Origin: Myxococcota bacterium
GTDB lineage: Bacteria; Myxococcota_A; UBA9160; SZUA-336
Direction: 5' to 3'
Assembly: GCA_965247115.1 (NCBI GenBank)
Contig: CBDFGR010000002.1
Location: forward strand, 1,504,001 to 1,568,000
DNA length: 64,000 bases
Numbering within the stretch: the first letter of the stretch is position 1; every line of letters begins with the position of its first letter. The notes under the pieces are model-generated. The model was not told where the DNA came from. It ran no database searches and saw nothing but the letters and a program-made list of their open reading frames with translations. This document shows, piece by piece, positions 9,423 through 18,450 of this stretch. Position numbers and translations under genes: made by a program.

Positions 9423-10421
9423 CTAGATTCGGAGCACGGCGGACCCGACCACGTCCCCTCGCTTCAGGCGCTGCAGCGCGACGTTCGCCTGCTCGAGCGG
9501 GAAGCTGGTCGTGACGGGTCGGATGGGGATCTCCGCGGCCACGGCGAGCAGCTCCGCCCCGTCCCGGCGGGTGTTCGCCGTCACGCTCGTCAGTGTTCGC
9601 TCCTGAAACAGCTCTCCCTGGTAGCTGAGCGCCGGCACGTCGCTCATGTGGATGCCGGCACAGGCCAGGGTTCCGCCCGGCGCCAGCGCTCGCAGCGCGA
9701 GCGGGACGAGCTCACCCACGGGGGCGAAGTTGATCGCCGAGTCCAGAGCGCACGGAGGCTCCTCCGACAGGCCGCCCGCCCAGGTCGCGCCGAGCTCGAG
9801 GGCAAGCTCGCGGTGTGACGCCTCTCTCGTCACCACGTAGACCTCGCAATTCCAGTGCCGCGCCACCTGCAGCGACAGGTGAGCCGAGGAGCCGAACCCG
9901 TACAGGCCCAGGCTGCAGCCGGGCCGCACCGCAGCCCGCCGCAGGGCGCGGTAGCCGATGATGCCCGCGCAAAGGAGAGGTGCAGCCTCTTCTGGGCTGA
10001 AGATCTCCGGAATGGCGTACGCGTACGCTTCCGGAACCGTCAGACGCTCGGCGTACCCACCGTCGACGTGCCAGCCGGTAAAGGTGGGCGCCTGGCACAG
10101 GTTCTCGCGTCCGCTCTGGCAGTAGGGGCAGAGGCGGCATGTGTCGTGGAGCCAGGCGACGCCCACCCGCGTACCAATCGGGAAGCGCGCGGCAGCGGAG
10201 CCACGAGCCGAGACGGTTCCCACGACCTGATGGCCGGGCACGACGCGCGGCTGTGCCTGGTCGAGCTCGCCCTCGATCAGGTGCAGATCGGTGCGGCAGA
10301 CGCCGCAGGTGGACACCTCGACAAGGATCTCGGCGGGACCCGGCTCCGGATCGGGGAGCGACTCGAGAACGAGCGGCGACCGCTCGATCGGGGCGGGGTC
10401 GTGCAACACCATCGCGCGCAT
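9423..10421 (-). CDS. zinc-dependent alcohol dehydrogenase family protein
   Basis: CGVCRTDLH, PGHQVVG, CxxCxxC..ENLC, LLCAGIIGY, GLYGFG. Confidence 0.9.
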   Translation of the reverse strand: MRAMVLHDPAPIERSPLVLESLPDPEPGPAEILVEVSTCGVCRTDLHLIEGELDQAQPRVVPGHQVVGTVSARGSAAARFPIGTRVGVAWLHDTCRLCPYCQSGRENLCQAPTFTGWHVDGGYAERLTVPEAYAYAIPEIFSPEEAAPLLCAGIIGYRALRRAAVRPGCSLGLYGFGSSAHLSLQVARHWNCEVYVVTREASHRELALELGATWAGGLSEEPPCALDSAINFAPVGELVPLALRALAPGGTLACAGIHMSDVPALSYQGELFQERTLTSVTANTRRDGAELLAVAAEIPIRPVTTSFPLEQANVALQRLKRGDVVGSAVLRI

Positions 10422-10471
10422 CTGCGCCCGCCAGCTTGCCACACGAGCCCGCCGTGGGAACACTCGGCCGT

Positions 10472-11185
10472 GTGAATCTCATCCTGCTCGATCCCGAGGA
10501 CTTCGTGTCCCGAGACCGTGTGCGGCTCACGGGTCGACGCCTGGACCACGTGCGCCACGTGTGCCGCGCCAGCGTGGGCGAGAGTCTGCGCGTGGGCGAG
10601 GTTGGCGGCATGCTCGGCTCCGGTCGCGTCCTGAGCCTGGCTGAGCAAGCCCTCGAGCTCGAGGTCAGGCTCGATCAGGCCCCCCCGGCGCCGCTCGCGG
10701 TCACCCTGGCCGTGGCCCTGCCGCGGCCGCCGGCTCTGCGCAGGCTACTGCAGCAGGCAACTGCGCTAGGGGTCAAGCGCATCCTGCTCTTTCACAGCAG
10801 GCGGGTGGAGAAGAGCTACTGGCAGAGCCATGGGCTCGAGAGCGCGGCCATCGAGATGCAGCTGCGGCTCGGCCTGGAGCAGGCGCGCGACACGATCCTA
10901 CCCGAGGTCGGAACCCGCCGACGCTTCCGGCCCTTCGCCGAGGACGAGGTCCCGGAGCTGGCGAAAGTGGGCGCCGTCCTCGTGGCCGACCCGGGCGCCG
11001 CGCAGCTCACCGCTCCGGCTGATCCCGGCCAACCCTCGACGCTGATCGTCGGGCCGGAGGGGGGACTCGTGCCGTTCGAGCTCGAGCTACTGACGACGAG
11101 TGGCGCGCGCCTGCTGGGACTGGGCGAGCGCGTGCTTCGCGTGGAGACGGCCGTCGTGGCACTCCTCGCGCGCCTCGCGCTATAG
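10472..11185 (+). CDS. rsmE: 16S rRNA m3U1498 methyltransferase
   Basis: GTG start MNLILL; ALPRP, RVEKSYWQS, LEQARDT, IVGPEGG, LGERVLRVETA. Confidence 0.9.
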   Translation: MNLILLDPEDFVSRDRVRLTGRRLDHVRHVCRASVGESLRVGEVGGMLGSGRVLSLAEQALELEVRLDQAPPAPLAVTLAVALPRPPALRRLLQQATALGVKRILLFHSRRVEKSYWQSHGLESAAIEMQLRLGLEQARDTILPEVGTRRRFRPFAEDEVPELAKVGAVLVADPGAAQLTAPADPGQPSTLIVGPEGGLVPFELELLTTSGARLLGLGERVLRVETAVVALLARLAL

Positions 11186-11194
11186 ACAGGGACC

Positions 11195-12499
11195 ATGGAC
11201 ACGATGGAGAAGCTCGTCGCGCTCTGCCTCAACCGAGGCTTCATCTATCCCTCGAGCGAGATCTACGGGGGAATCGCGGGATTCTGGGACTACGGCCCCC
11301 TGGGAACGGAGCTGCGCAGCAACCTCAAGGCCGCCTGGTGGAACCGCATGGTGCGCGAGCGCGACGACGTCGTGGGCCTCGACTCCTCCATCATCGCGAA
11401 CCCCGAAGCCTGGGTCGCCTCCGGTCACGTCGCGAACTTCAATGATCCGATGGTCGATTGCAGAAGCTGCAAGCGCCGCTTCCGCCCCGATCAGATCGAC
11501 GCGAACGACCGCTGCAGCGAGTCGGAGAACGGCGAGCACGACCTGACCGAGCCCAGACAGTTCAACCTGATGCTCCGGACGCACGTCGGCGCCTCGGAGG
11601 ACTCGACCACGCAAGCGTACCTGCGCGGCGAGACCTGCCAGTCGATCTTTCTCGACTTCAAACGCGTGATGCAATCGAGCCGACTCAAGCCGCCCTTTGG
11701 CATCGCACAGATCGGAAAGGCGTTCCGCAACGAGATCACGCCAAGAAACTTCATCTTCCGCTCTCGCGAGTTCGAGCAGATGGAGCTGGAGTTCTTCACG
11801 CCTCCGTCGGATGCTCTCTCCTGGTTCGAACGCTGGCGCGAGCAGCGCTGGCAGTGGCATCTAGAGATCGGGCTCCCCGAGAGCAAGCTGCACTGGCACG
11901 AGCACGGTCCCGACGAGCTCGCCCACTACGCGAAGCTGGCTTTCGACATAGTGTTTGACTTCCCATTTGGTCGCCACGAGCTGGAGGGTACGCACTACCG
12001 GGGCGACTACGATCTCGCCGCACACGGCGAGCACTCCGGCAAAGACCAGTCGTATACGGATCCCGAGACCCGCGAGCGCTACCTCCCTCACGTCGTGGAG
12101 ACATCCGTCGGTGTCGACCGCTGCATGCTGGCGTTGCTCACGAGCGCATACTCGGAAGACGAGGTCGCCGGAGACAAGCGCGTTGTGCTACGGCTAGCGC
12201 CGCAGATCGCCCCGGTCAAGGTGGGCCTGCTGCCACTCTCGAAGAAGCTGGCAGAGCCGGTCCAGAAGCTCGCGGTCGAGCTGCGAAGACGCTTTCATGT
12301 CGCCTTCGACAGCACGGCCAGCATCGGCAAGCGCTACCGACGGCAGGACGAGATCGGGACGCCGTATTGCGTGACCTACGACTTTGAGTCGGAGACCGAC
12401 CAGATGGTCACCGTGCGAGAGCGAGACTCGACGGAGCAAGAGCGCATTGGGCTAAGCCAAGTGGCGACGTACTTGAGCGACAAGATCTTCGGAACGTGA
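11195..12499 (+). CDS. glyQS: glycine--tRNA ligase (homodimeric alpha2 type)
   Basis: SSEIYGG, DYGPLG, YLRGETCQSIF, GKAFRNEITP, FRSREFEQME, SIGKRYRRQDEIGTP. Confidence 0.95.
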   Translation: MDTMEKLVALCLNRGFIYPSSEIYGGIAGFWDYGPLGTELRSNLKAAWWNRMVRERDDVVGLDSSIIANPEAWVASGHVANFNDPMVDCRSCKRRFRPDQIDANDRCSESENGEHDLTEPRQFNLMLRTHVGASEDSTTQAYLRGETCQSIFLDFKRVMQSSRLKPPFGIAQIGKAFRNEITPRNFIFRSREFEQMELEFFTPPSDALSWFERWREQRWQWHLEIGLPESKLHWHEHGPDELAHYAKLAFDIVFDFPFGRHELEGTHYRGDYDLAAHGEHSGKDQSYTDPETRERYLPHVVETSVGVDRCMLALLTSAYSEDEVAGDKRVVLRLAPQIAPVKVGLLPLSKKLAEPVQKLAVELRRRFHVAFDSTASIGKRYRRQDEIGTPYCVTYDFESETDQMVTVRERDSTEQERIGLSQVATYLSDKIFGT

Positions 12500-12545
12500 G
12501 TCGGGCGGGGCGCGCCCGTCGCGAGCTTCGTCTTCCTCTGCGCGC

Positions 12546-13652
12546 TCAGTACTGGATCACGCTGCGGATGACCTCGCCAGCGTGCATCAGCTCGAAGGCG
12601 TCGTTTATTTTCTCGAGCGGCAGCGTCGCCGTGATCAGCTCGTCGATCTTGATGCGGCCGCTCATATAGCGATCGACGAAGCCCGGCAGCTGCGTGCGCC
12701 CGCGGGTCCCACCAAAGGCGCTGCCCCGCCACGAACGGCCCGTGACGAGGAGGAATGGCCGTGCCCTGATCTCTTCGCCGGCGCCGGCCACACCGATGAT
12801 GATCGCCTCTCCCCAGCCGCGATGTGTGCAGGCCAGCGCGGCGCTCATCACGTCGGTTCGACCGATGCATTCGAAGGAGTAATCGACCCCGCCATCGGTC
12901 ATGTCGACGATCGCGCCTGCGACGTCCTCCACTTCGCTCGGGTTCAGGAAGTCCGTCGCGCCGAGCTTCTCCGCCAGCTCGAACTTCTTCGGGTTGGTGT
13001 CGACGCCAACGATTCGCTCAGCCCCAGCGAGCACGGAGCCCTGGACGACGGAGAGACCGACGCCCCCCAGCCCGAACACCGCCACACTTGAGCCTGGCTC
13101 CACCTTCGCGGTGTGCAGGACAGCACCGATGCCGGTGGTGATCCCGCAACCGAGGAGACAGATTTTCTCGAGCGGCGCGTCCTTGCGCACCCTGGCGAGC
13201 GCGATCTCGGGCACCACACAGTACTCTCCGAACGTGGAGGTGCCCATGAAGTGGTGGATCAGCGTTCCCGATTGGGACAACCGACTCGTCCCGTCGGGCA
13301 TCAAGCCCTGACCCTGGGTGGCGCGAATACGGGCGCACAAGTTCGTTCTGCCCGAGAGGCAGAACTTGCAGTCCCTACACTCGGGAATGTAGAGCGGGAT
13401 GACGTGATCGCCGACCTCGACCGAGCGCACCCCGGTCCCCAGCTCCTCGACCACCCCTGCGCCCTCGTGACCCAGGACCGCGGGGAACACGCCCTCGGGA
13501 TCGGCGCCACTCAGCGTGTAGGCATCTGTGTGGCAGACGCCGGTCGCAGCGAGGCGCACCAGGCATTCGCCCTCACGAGGGCCGTCGAGCTCGACCTCCT
13601 CGACCTCGAGCGGATGTCCCGCCTCCCACGCAACCGCGGCCTTGATCCTCAC
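12546..13652 (-). CDS. frmA: S-(hydroxymethyl)glutathione dehydrogenase / class III ADH
   Basis: GVCHTDAYTLSGADPEG, GHEGAG, YIPEC, RPFLLVTGR; GTG 13652 with GGAGG upstream. Confidence 0.92.
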   Translation of the reverse strand: MRIKAAVAWEAGHPLEVEEVELDGPREGECLVRLAATGVCHTDAYTLSGADPEGVFPAVLGHEGAGVVEELGTGVRSVEVGDHVIPLYIPECRDCKFCLSGRTNLCARIRATQGQGLMPDGTSRLSQSGTLIHHFMGTSTFGEYCVVPEIALARVRKDAPLEKICLLGCGITTGIGAVLHTAKVEPGSSVAVFGLGGVGLSVVQGSVLAGAERIVGVDTNPKKFELAEKLGATDFLNPSEVEDVAGAIVDMTDGGVDYSFECIGRTDVMSAALACTHRGWGEAIIIGVAGAGEEIRARPFLLVTGRSWRGSAFGGTRGRTQLPGFVDRYMSGRIKIDELITATLPLEKINDAFELMHAGEVIRSVIQY

Positions 13653-13780
13653 GTCTCTGGGCCCCCTCCAAAGCAACGCTCGCAGCAGTATACTTACAGA
13701 TGGGCGCTTTGACGGAAATATCACAATCTCTGAGGTTCGAGGGGTACAGGGCAGGTCTGCAACCGGCTACTCTGCCACGC

Positions 13781-14836
13781 ATGCGTGAGAAGCGTGTTCT
13801 CGGCGACGCGATCGGCGTCCTCCCGACGGATTGCTACGACAACCCGACCTGGAAGGGTGTGGCCTGGCTGCTGCGCGACCTCGTCATCTACGCGACAGTG
13901 GTGATCGCGCTGGTGGCAGCCGATTCGATCTTCCTGGTCGTCCCGCTGTGGCTGCTCGCCTCGCTGAGCATCGCTGCGCTCTTCACTCTGGGACACGACG
14001 CTGCCCACGGTGCGCTGTTCCGCAGCGGGCGTCTGAACTACGTGCTCGGTCAGCTCGCGATGCTGCCCTCGCTGCATCTCTATGAGGCCTGGTGCTTCGG
14101 CCACAACCGGATCCACCACGGCCACACGACGCGCGAGAGCATGGACTACGTCTGGCACCCAGTGACGCCGCAGCAGTTCGCGGAGCTGTCCACCCGGCAA
14201 CGGCTCGCACACCGTCTGATGTGGTCGTGGATCGGCGGGGGAATCTACTACCTGCGCGACATCTGGTGGCGAAACATGGTGCACTTCACGCCCCCGAGCC
14301 GGATTGCGGGCAAGGTCCGCCGCGATCGGATCGTCGTGGGGACGTTCTTCGCCGCCGCGAGCCTGGCTCTGTTCGGGCTCGGCGCATCGCTCTCGGGGAC
14401 ACTTGGCGGCGCGCTCTGGATGTGGGTCAAGGTCTTCGGCGTGCCCTTCCTGCTCTGGAATTACTGCATCGGGATCGCCGTCTACGTCCACCACATCGCA
14501 CAGGACATCCCCTGGAAGAAGCGTCGTGACTGGACGAAGTTCACCGGGCAGGTCGAGGGCACGACCGTGCTCCATGTCCCGCGCTTCATTAACTTCTTCT
14601 TCCACAACATCTTTCTGCACGTTCCCCACCACGTGGACATGCGGATCCCCTTCTACGGCCTCCCCGAGGCTGTCGTCGCCCTGCGCGAGCATTTCGGCGA
14701 CGTCCTGCGCGAGCGCGAGTACCGCCTCCGCGACTACATCAAGACCACGCGCGCCTGCAAACTCTACGACTTCGAAGCCGGCGTCTGGCGCAACTATTCC
14801 GGCGAAGCCGCAGACCCCGCGACTGCCCAGGCCTAG
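13781..14836 (+). CDS. membrane fatty acid desaturase
   Basis: His boxes HDAAH, HNRIHH, HVPHH plus IPFY; hydrophobic segments. Confidence 0.88.
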   Translation: MREKRVLGDAIGVLPTDCYDNPTWKGVAWLLRDLVIYATVVIALVAADSIFLVVPLWLLASLSIAALFTLGHDAAHGALFRSGRLNYVLGQLAMLPSLHLYEAWCFGHNRIHHGHTTRESMDYVWHPVTPQQFAELSTRQRLAHRLMWSWIGGGIYYLRDIWWRNMVHFTPPSRIAGKVRRDRIVVGTFFAAASLALFGLGASLSGTLGGALWMWVKVFGVPFLLWNYCIGIAVYVHHIAQDIPWKKRRDWTKFTGQVEGTTVLHVPRFINFFFHNIFLHVPHHVDMRIPFYGLPEAVVALREHFGDVLREREYRLRDYIKTTRACKLYDFEAGVWRNYSGEAADPATAQA

Positions 14837-14880
14837 GTCACCCGTCCCGCGACTGGAGCCCGAGACGAAGGGTGGGGTCC

Positions 14881-14907
14881 GCGCCCCGACCTCCCGGTCG
14901 GAGGCGT
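14881..14907. other. hairpin between convergent desaturase and RAYT genes (candidate REP or terminator)
   Basis: GCGCC-C-CCGACC-TCCC-GGTCGG-A-GGCGT, preceded by GTGG at 14872. Confidence 0.4.
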
Positions 14908-14940
14908 CTTCCGAGCGCTACAGATTTCCCGAGGAACGAC

Positions 14941-15639
14941 CTAGGCAGGAGAGGCCCGCGTCCCACCTGGCACCGCCGAGGGATCCAGAAGCCCGTGGCG
15001 TCGCCAGCCGACTCTCAGGAGCCAGGTGTGCGCGTTGGCGACTGGTCGAGGCCGCTCTACACGCTCGAGTCGAGCCGTACCTCTCTTCCACCCATCAAAC
15101 CACCGGCCCGAGGAGGCGGGATCCAGAGCCGTGCGCGCAGTTCGGCGATGCCGGGCCGCGTTGAGCAGTACGTACCGGATTGCATTCCGGACTTCGTGCG
15201 GCGTCTTCAGAACCCGCATGTGGTAGCGATCCGCCAGCAGCAAACCTCGCCACCCGAACGCCCGCCGCATCGCCCAGATCATCCTTCTGCTCAAGGACTT
15301 CATCCCACGACCGAGGGCGTGCTGATCCTTCGCCTCAACGATCAGGTGTGCGTGATCCCGCAAGAGAGCGTAGTGCACCAGCCGAAACTCGCCCCTGTCG
15401 CACCCACGAGTGGCGAGCGTATCCTCGAACGCTCGCACAAAGGCCGGAGCCCGTAGCGACGGAACTCCCTCGCGTACTCGCAGCGTCACGTGGCACGGAT
15501 GTCTCGACGGCAGCTTTGGCCGACTCCGATGCTGAACCAGGGGGTTTGGGCCAGGCTTGCGCCCAGCCCCCGTGCGCCGCCCGCCATGACGCGCGGGAGG
15601 CCGTAGATCAAGGGAGAGCTGTCTGTTTGATTGCGTCAC
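14941..15639 (-). mobile_element. HUH/Y1 (IS200-superfamily) transposase, REP-associated tyrosine transposase (RAYT)-like
   Basis: HVTLR, HUH motif DHAHLIVE, DRYH, likely catalytic Tyr in IRYVLLN, N-terminal GGRRxGAGRKP; GTG start 15639. Confidence 0.8.
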
Positions 15640-15674
15640 TCTATCACCGATAAGTGTAGAATAGGGCGTTCTAA

Positions 15675-16238
15675 GAACGGGCCTTCGGCGAGTTTGGCCT
15701 GCCCCTGCGTGATCTTGACGGACAACGGGTCCCCTTTCGTGGCTCCGCGGGCTCACCGGCTCAGTGTGTGATGGAATGAGCCTCGGGATCCGCCCCGTTC
15801 GCATCGAGCCTGCCCACCCGGAGCAGAACGGGGCTCACGAGCGCATGCACCGGACCCTCAAGGCCGAGACCACGCATCCGCCTGCCGGAAACCGCGGCGT
15901 CCAGCAACGCCGCTTCAATCGCTTCCGGCAGATCTACAACGAGGAGCGGCCACACGAAGCGCTCGGTCAGGTCCCTCCTGCAAAGGTGTGTGGCGCCCTT
16001 CGGCTCGAGCCTTTCCCGAGCGGATCCCTCTTCCGGAGTATCCCGAACACTAGACAACAGAGTGTTACCCATGTTGCCGGTCTAACCGTTACCCATGTCC
16101 CGGGTTGAACAAAGATCGCCGCGCTAGAAGGCCCGCTTTATCGGGCTCGACGAGACCGAGGACGGGATCTGGTCGGTCTACTTCAGAGACGTCCTGCTCG
16201 GTCGCTACCACGAGGAAGAACGGAGGATCTTCTGGTAA
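15675..16238 (+). pseudogene. IS481-family transposase remnant (frameshifts, stops, internal IS end)
   Basis: Fragments in different frames: ERAFGEFGLP / ILTDNGSPF / PEQNGAHERMHRTLK / YNEERPHEALG / PEYPEH* / IGLDETEDGIWSVYF..LLGR. Confidence 0.8.
16063..16111 (+). mobile_element. IS481-type right end
   Basis: Two GTTACCCATGT direct repeats 24 bp apart (16064, 16088) and a terminal ACA. Confidence 0.65.
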
Positions 16239-16323
16239 GGCCGGGCTCCTGCGAGCCTGTGTCTCGAAGCCAATGAATGCAAGTGGAATAGAGAAGAAAG
16301 ACAGACGGGCCGATCCAACGGAC

Positions 16324-16611
16324 CTAGCGAGGGGCTCCGGAGGTGCCGTGGGCGTCGCGGCGCGCGGCTTCGTCGACGTGGATGGGGATCTGGAGGACCT
16401 GGCTCGGATAGATGCGGGCCGGGTCTTTGATCTGGTCTCGGTTGAACTTGTAGATGACTGGCCAGAGGTAGGGGTCGGCGTAGATGTCCGGCTGGCCAGC
16501 GATCGACCAGAGGGATTCGCCGCTCTCCACCGTGTGCTCGATGGTCTCGGCTGCGTTCGCTGACAGCGTCGTCAGGGCCAGGATTCCTATGCTCGCGGCG
16601 AAGCTCCTCAC
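16324..16611 (-). CDS. secreted LysM domain protein
   Basis: Signal peptide; HTVESGESLWSIA..YADPYLWPVIYKFNRDQIKDPARIYPSQVLQIP. Confidence 0.88.
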   Translation of the reverse strand: MRSFAASIGILALTTLSANAAETIEHTVESGESLWSIAGQPDIYADPYLWPVIYKFNRDQIKDPARIYPSQVLQIPIHVDEAARRDAHGTSGAPR

Positions 16612-18416
16612 TCGTCCGCGCTCTCGGTGACCACGCCGCGCAGCCGGATGCCGAGCTCCTGCAGCTGCTGGCCGGTCACGCTGCTGGGCGACTCCATGAA
16701 CATGTCCTGCCCGCGCTGCGTCTTCGGGAAGGCAATCACGTCGCGAAGACTGTCGCCGCCAGCGAGCAGCAGGCAGAGGCGGTCGAGGCCGAACGCGAAG
16801 CCCCCGTGCGGAGGGGCGCCGGTCTCGAGCGCCTCGAGCATGAAGCCGAAGCGCGCGCGCGCCTCGGCTTCGGGATAACCGAGCAGCTCGAGGATCTTCA
16901 GCTGCACGTCGGAGCGATGGTTCCTCAGGCTGCCGGAGCCCAGCTCTACGCCGTTCAGCACCAGGTCGTAGTGGGTCGTCTTGACCCGAAGCGGCTCGGA
17001 GTCGAGCAGCGGGATGTCTTGCTCTTCAGGTGCGACGAAGGGCATGTGCATGGGTGTGAGTCCGCCGCCCTCCGCCTCCTCGAAGAGCGGGAAGCCGAGC
17101 ACGAAGTGTACGTCCCAGAGACGGCCGTCGGTGCGCCCGAGGCGCTCGCCAAGCTCGACCCGCAGCCGCCCCAATACGTCGCTCACCAGGGCGGGCCGGT
17201 CGGCGCAGAACAGGAGCACGTGCCCGGGCTCCAGGCCAGCGCGTCCAGCGATCGCGCTGCGCTCCTCCTCGCTCAGGAACTTCGCGATCGGGGAGGCCCA
17301 GGAGCCGTCCTCCTTGACCCGCACCCAGGCCAGACCGCGCGCTCCCCACTTGCGGGCCTGCTCGCCAAGCCGGTCCAGGTCGCTCCTGGTCACCTCATCG
17401 GCGCGCGGGAGCGGGAGCCCTCGTACCACGCCCCCGCGCTCTATGGCGGAGGCGAACACCTCGAAGCCACTCTCTGCGACGACATCCGAGAAGTCGACGA
17501 GCTCGAGCTGGATGCGGCGATCCGGTCGATCCGAACCGTAGCGCGACATGGCCTCTTCGTAGCTGATGCGATCGAAGGGGCGCGGTAGCTCGACCCCTAC
17601 CACGTCCTGGAGCGCGCAGGCGGTGATCTCTTCCAGCACCTGCAGCACCTCGGCAACACCGACAAACGACAACTCGAGGTCGAGCTGCGTGAACTCGAGC
17701 TGGCGGTCGGCGCGCTGGTCCTCGTCACGAAAGCAACGTGCGATCTGAAAGTAGCTGTCGAATCCGGCGACCATTAGCATCTGCTTCATGATCTGCGGAG
17801 ACTGCGGCAGCGCGTAGAAGCTGCCGTGCTGAAGCCGACTCGGGACCAGGAAGTCCCTGGCGCCCTCGGGCGTGGCCCGCGCGAGCAGCGGCGTCTCTAT
17901 CTCGTACATGCCAAGGCTCGTGCACGTGCGACGCAATGACTGCAGCAGCCGGTGCCGCAGCTCGAGCCGACGCTGCATGACTGGGCGCCGCAGCTCGTGG
18001 ATCCGATGCCGTAGCCTGACGGCATCTTCCACCACCGTGTCGTCCTCGAGAGTGAACGGCGGCGTTGCCGCCGTGTTCAGGATCCGCACCTCGTCCGCGA
18101 TCAGCTCGACCTCGCCCGTCGGGAGCTTGGTATTGATCGCGTCGTCGGCACGCCGCTCGAGACGTCCGCGTACGGCCAGGACCCACTCGGAGCGGATTTG
18201 CTGCGCCCGCTCGTGCGCCTCGGGCGCGTTGTCAGGTTTGAACACCACCTGGGCAATGCCGGTGCGATCGCGCAGGTCGATGAAGACGACTCCGCCGTGA
18301 TCTCTGCGGCGTCTTACCCAGCCACACAGGGTGACTTGCTGCCCGACTCGTTCCGCGCGCACCTCGCCACAGAATTGTGTGCGACGCAAAGTTCCTAAGG
18401 GATCGAGCTGCACCAC
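16608..18416 (-). CDS. aspS: aspartate--tRNA ligase
   Basis: RRDHGGVVFIDLRD, TPEGARDFLVP, ALPQSPQ, QIARCFRDED, GAPPHGGFAFGLDR, DVIAFPKT. Confidence 0.96.
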   Translation of the reverse strand: MVQLDPLGTLRRTQFCGEVRAERVGQQVTLCGWVRRRRDHGGVVFIDLRDRTGIAQVVFKPDNAPEAHERAQQIRSEWVLAVRGRLERRADDAINTKLPTGEVELIADEVRILNTAATPPFTLEDDTVVEDAVRLRHRIHELRRPVMQRRLELRHRLLQSLRRTCTSLGMYEIETPLLARATPEGARDFLVPSRLQHGSFYALPQSPQIMKQMLMVAGFDSYFQIARCFRDEDQRADRQLEFTQLDLELSFVGVAEVLQVLEEITACALQDVVGVELPRPFDRISYEEAMSRYGSDRPDRRIQLELVDFSDVVAESGFEVFASAIERGGVVRGLPLPRADEVTRSDLDRLGEQARKWGARGLAWVRVKEDGSWASPIAKFLSEEERSAIAGRAGLEPGHVLLFCADRPALVSDVLGRLRVELGERLGRTDGRLWDVHFVLGFPLFEEAEGGGLTPMHMPFVAPEEQDIPLLDSEPLRVKTTHYDLVLNGVELGSGSLRNHRSDVQLKILELLGYPEAEARARFGFMLEALETGAPPHGGFAFGLDRLCLLLAGGDSLRDVIAFPKTQRGQDMFMESPSSVTGQQLQELGIRLRGVVTESADE

Positions 18417-18450
18417 CGCAGGCGGAGCCTACCAACCGCTCCCGACGCGG

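Noticed and set aside
9133..9423. N-terminal extensions in the ORF track (CBS protein here; also xerC, valS, tsaC, thiS, alr, rsmE)
   Set aside because: They run through repeats or neighbouring genes; better starts lie downstream
18160..18320. Calling AspRS non-discriminating
   Set aside because: RRDHGG His suggests it, but the second determinant region (RADD) is not clearly the Gly type; undecidable by eye
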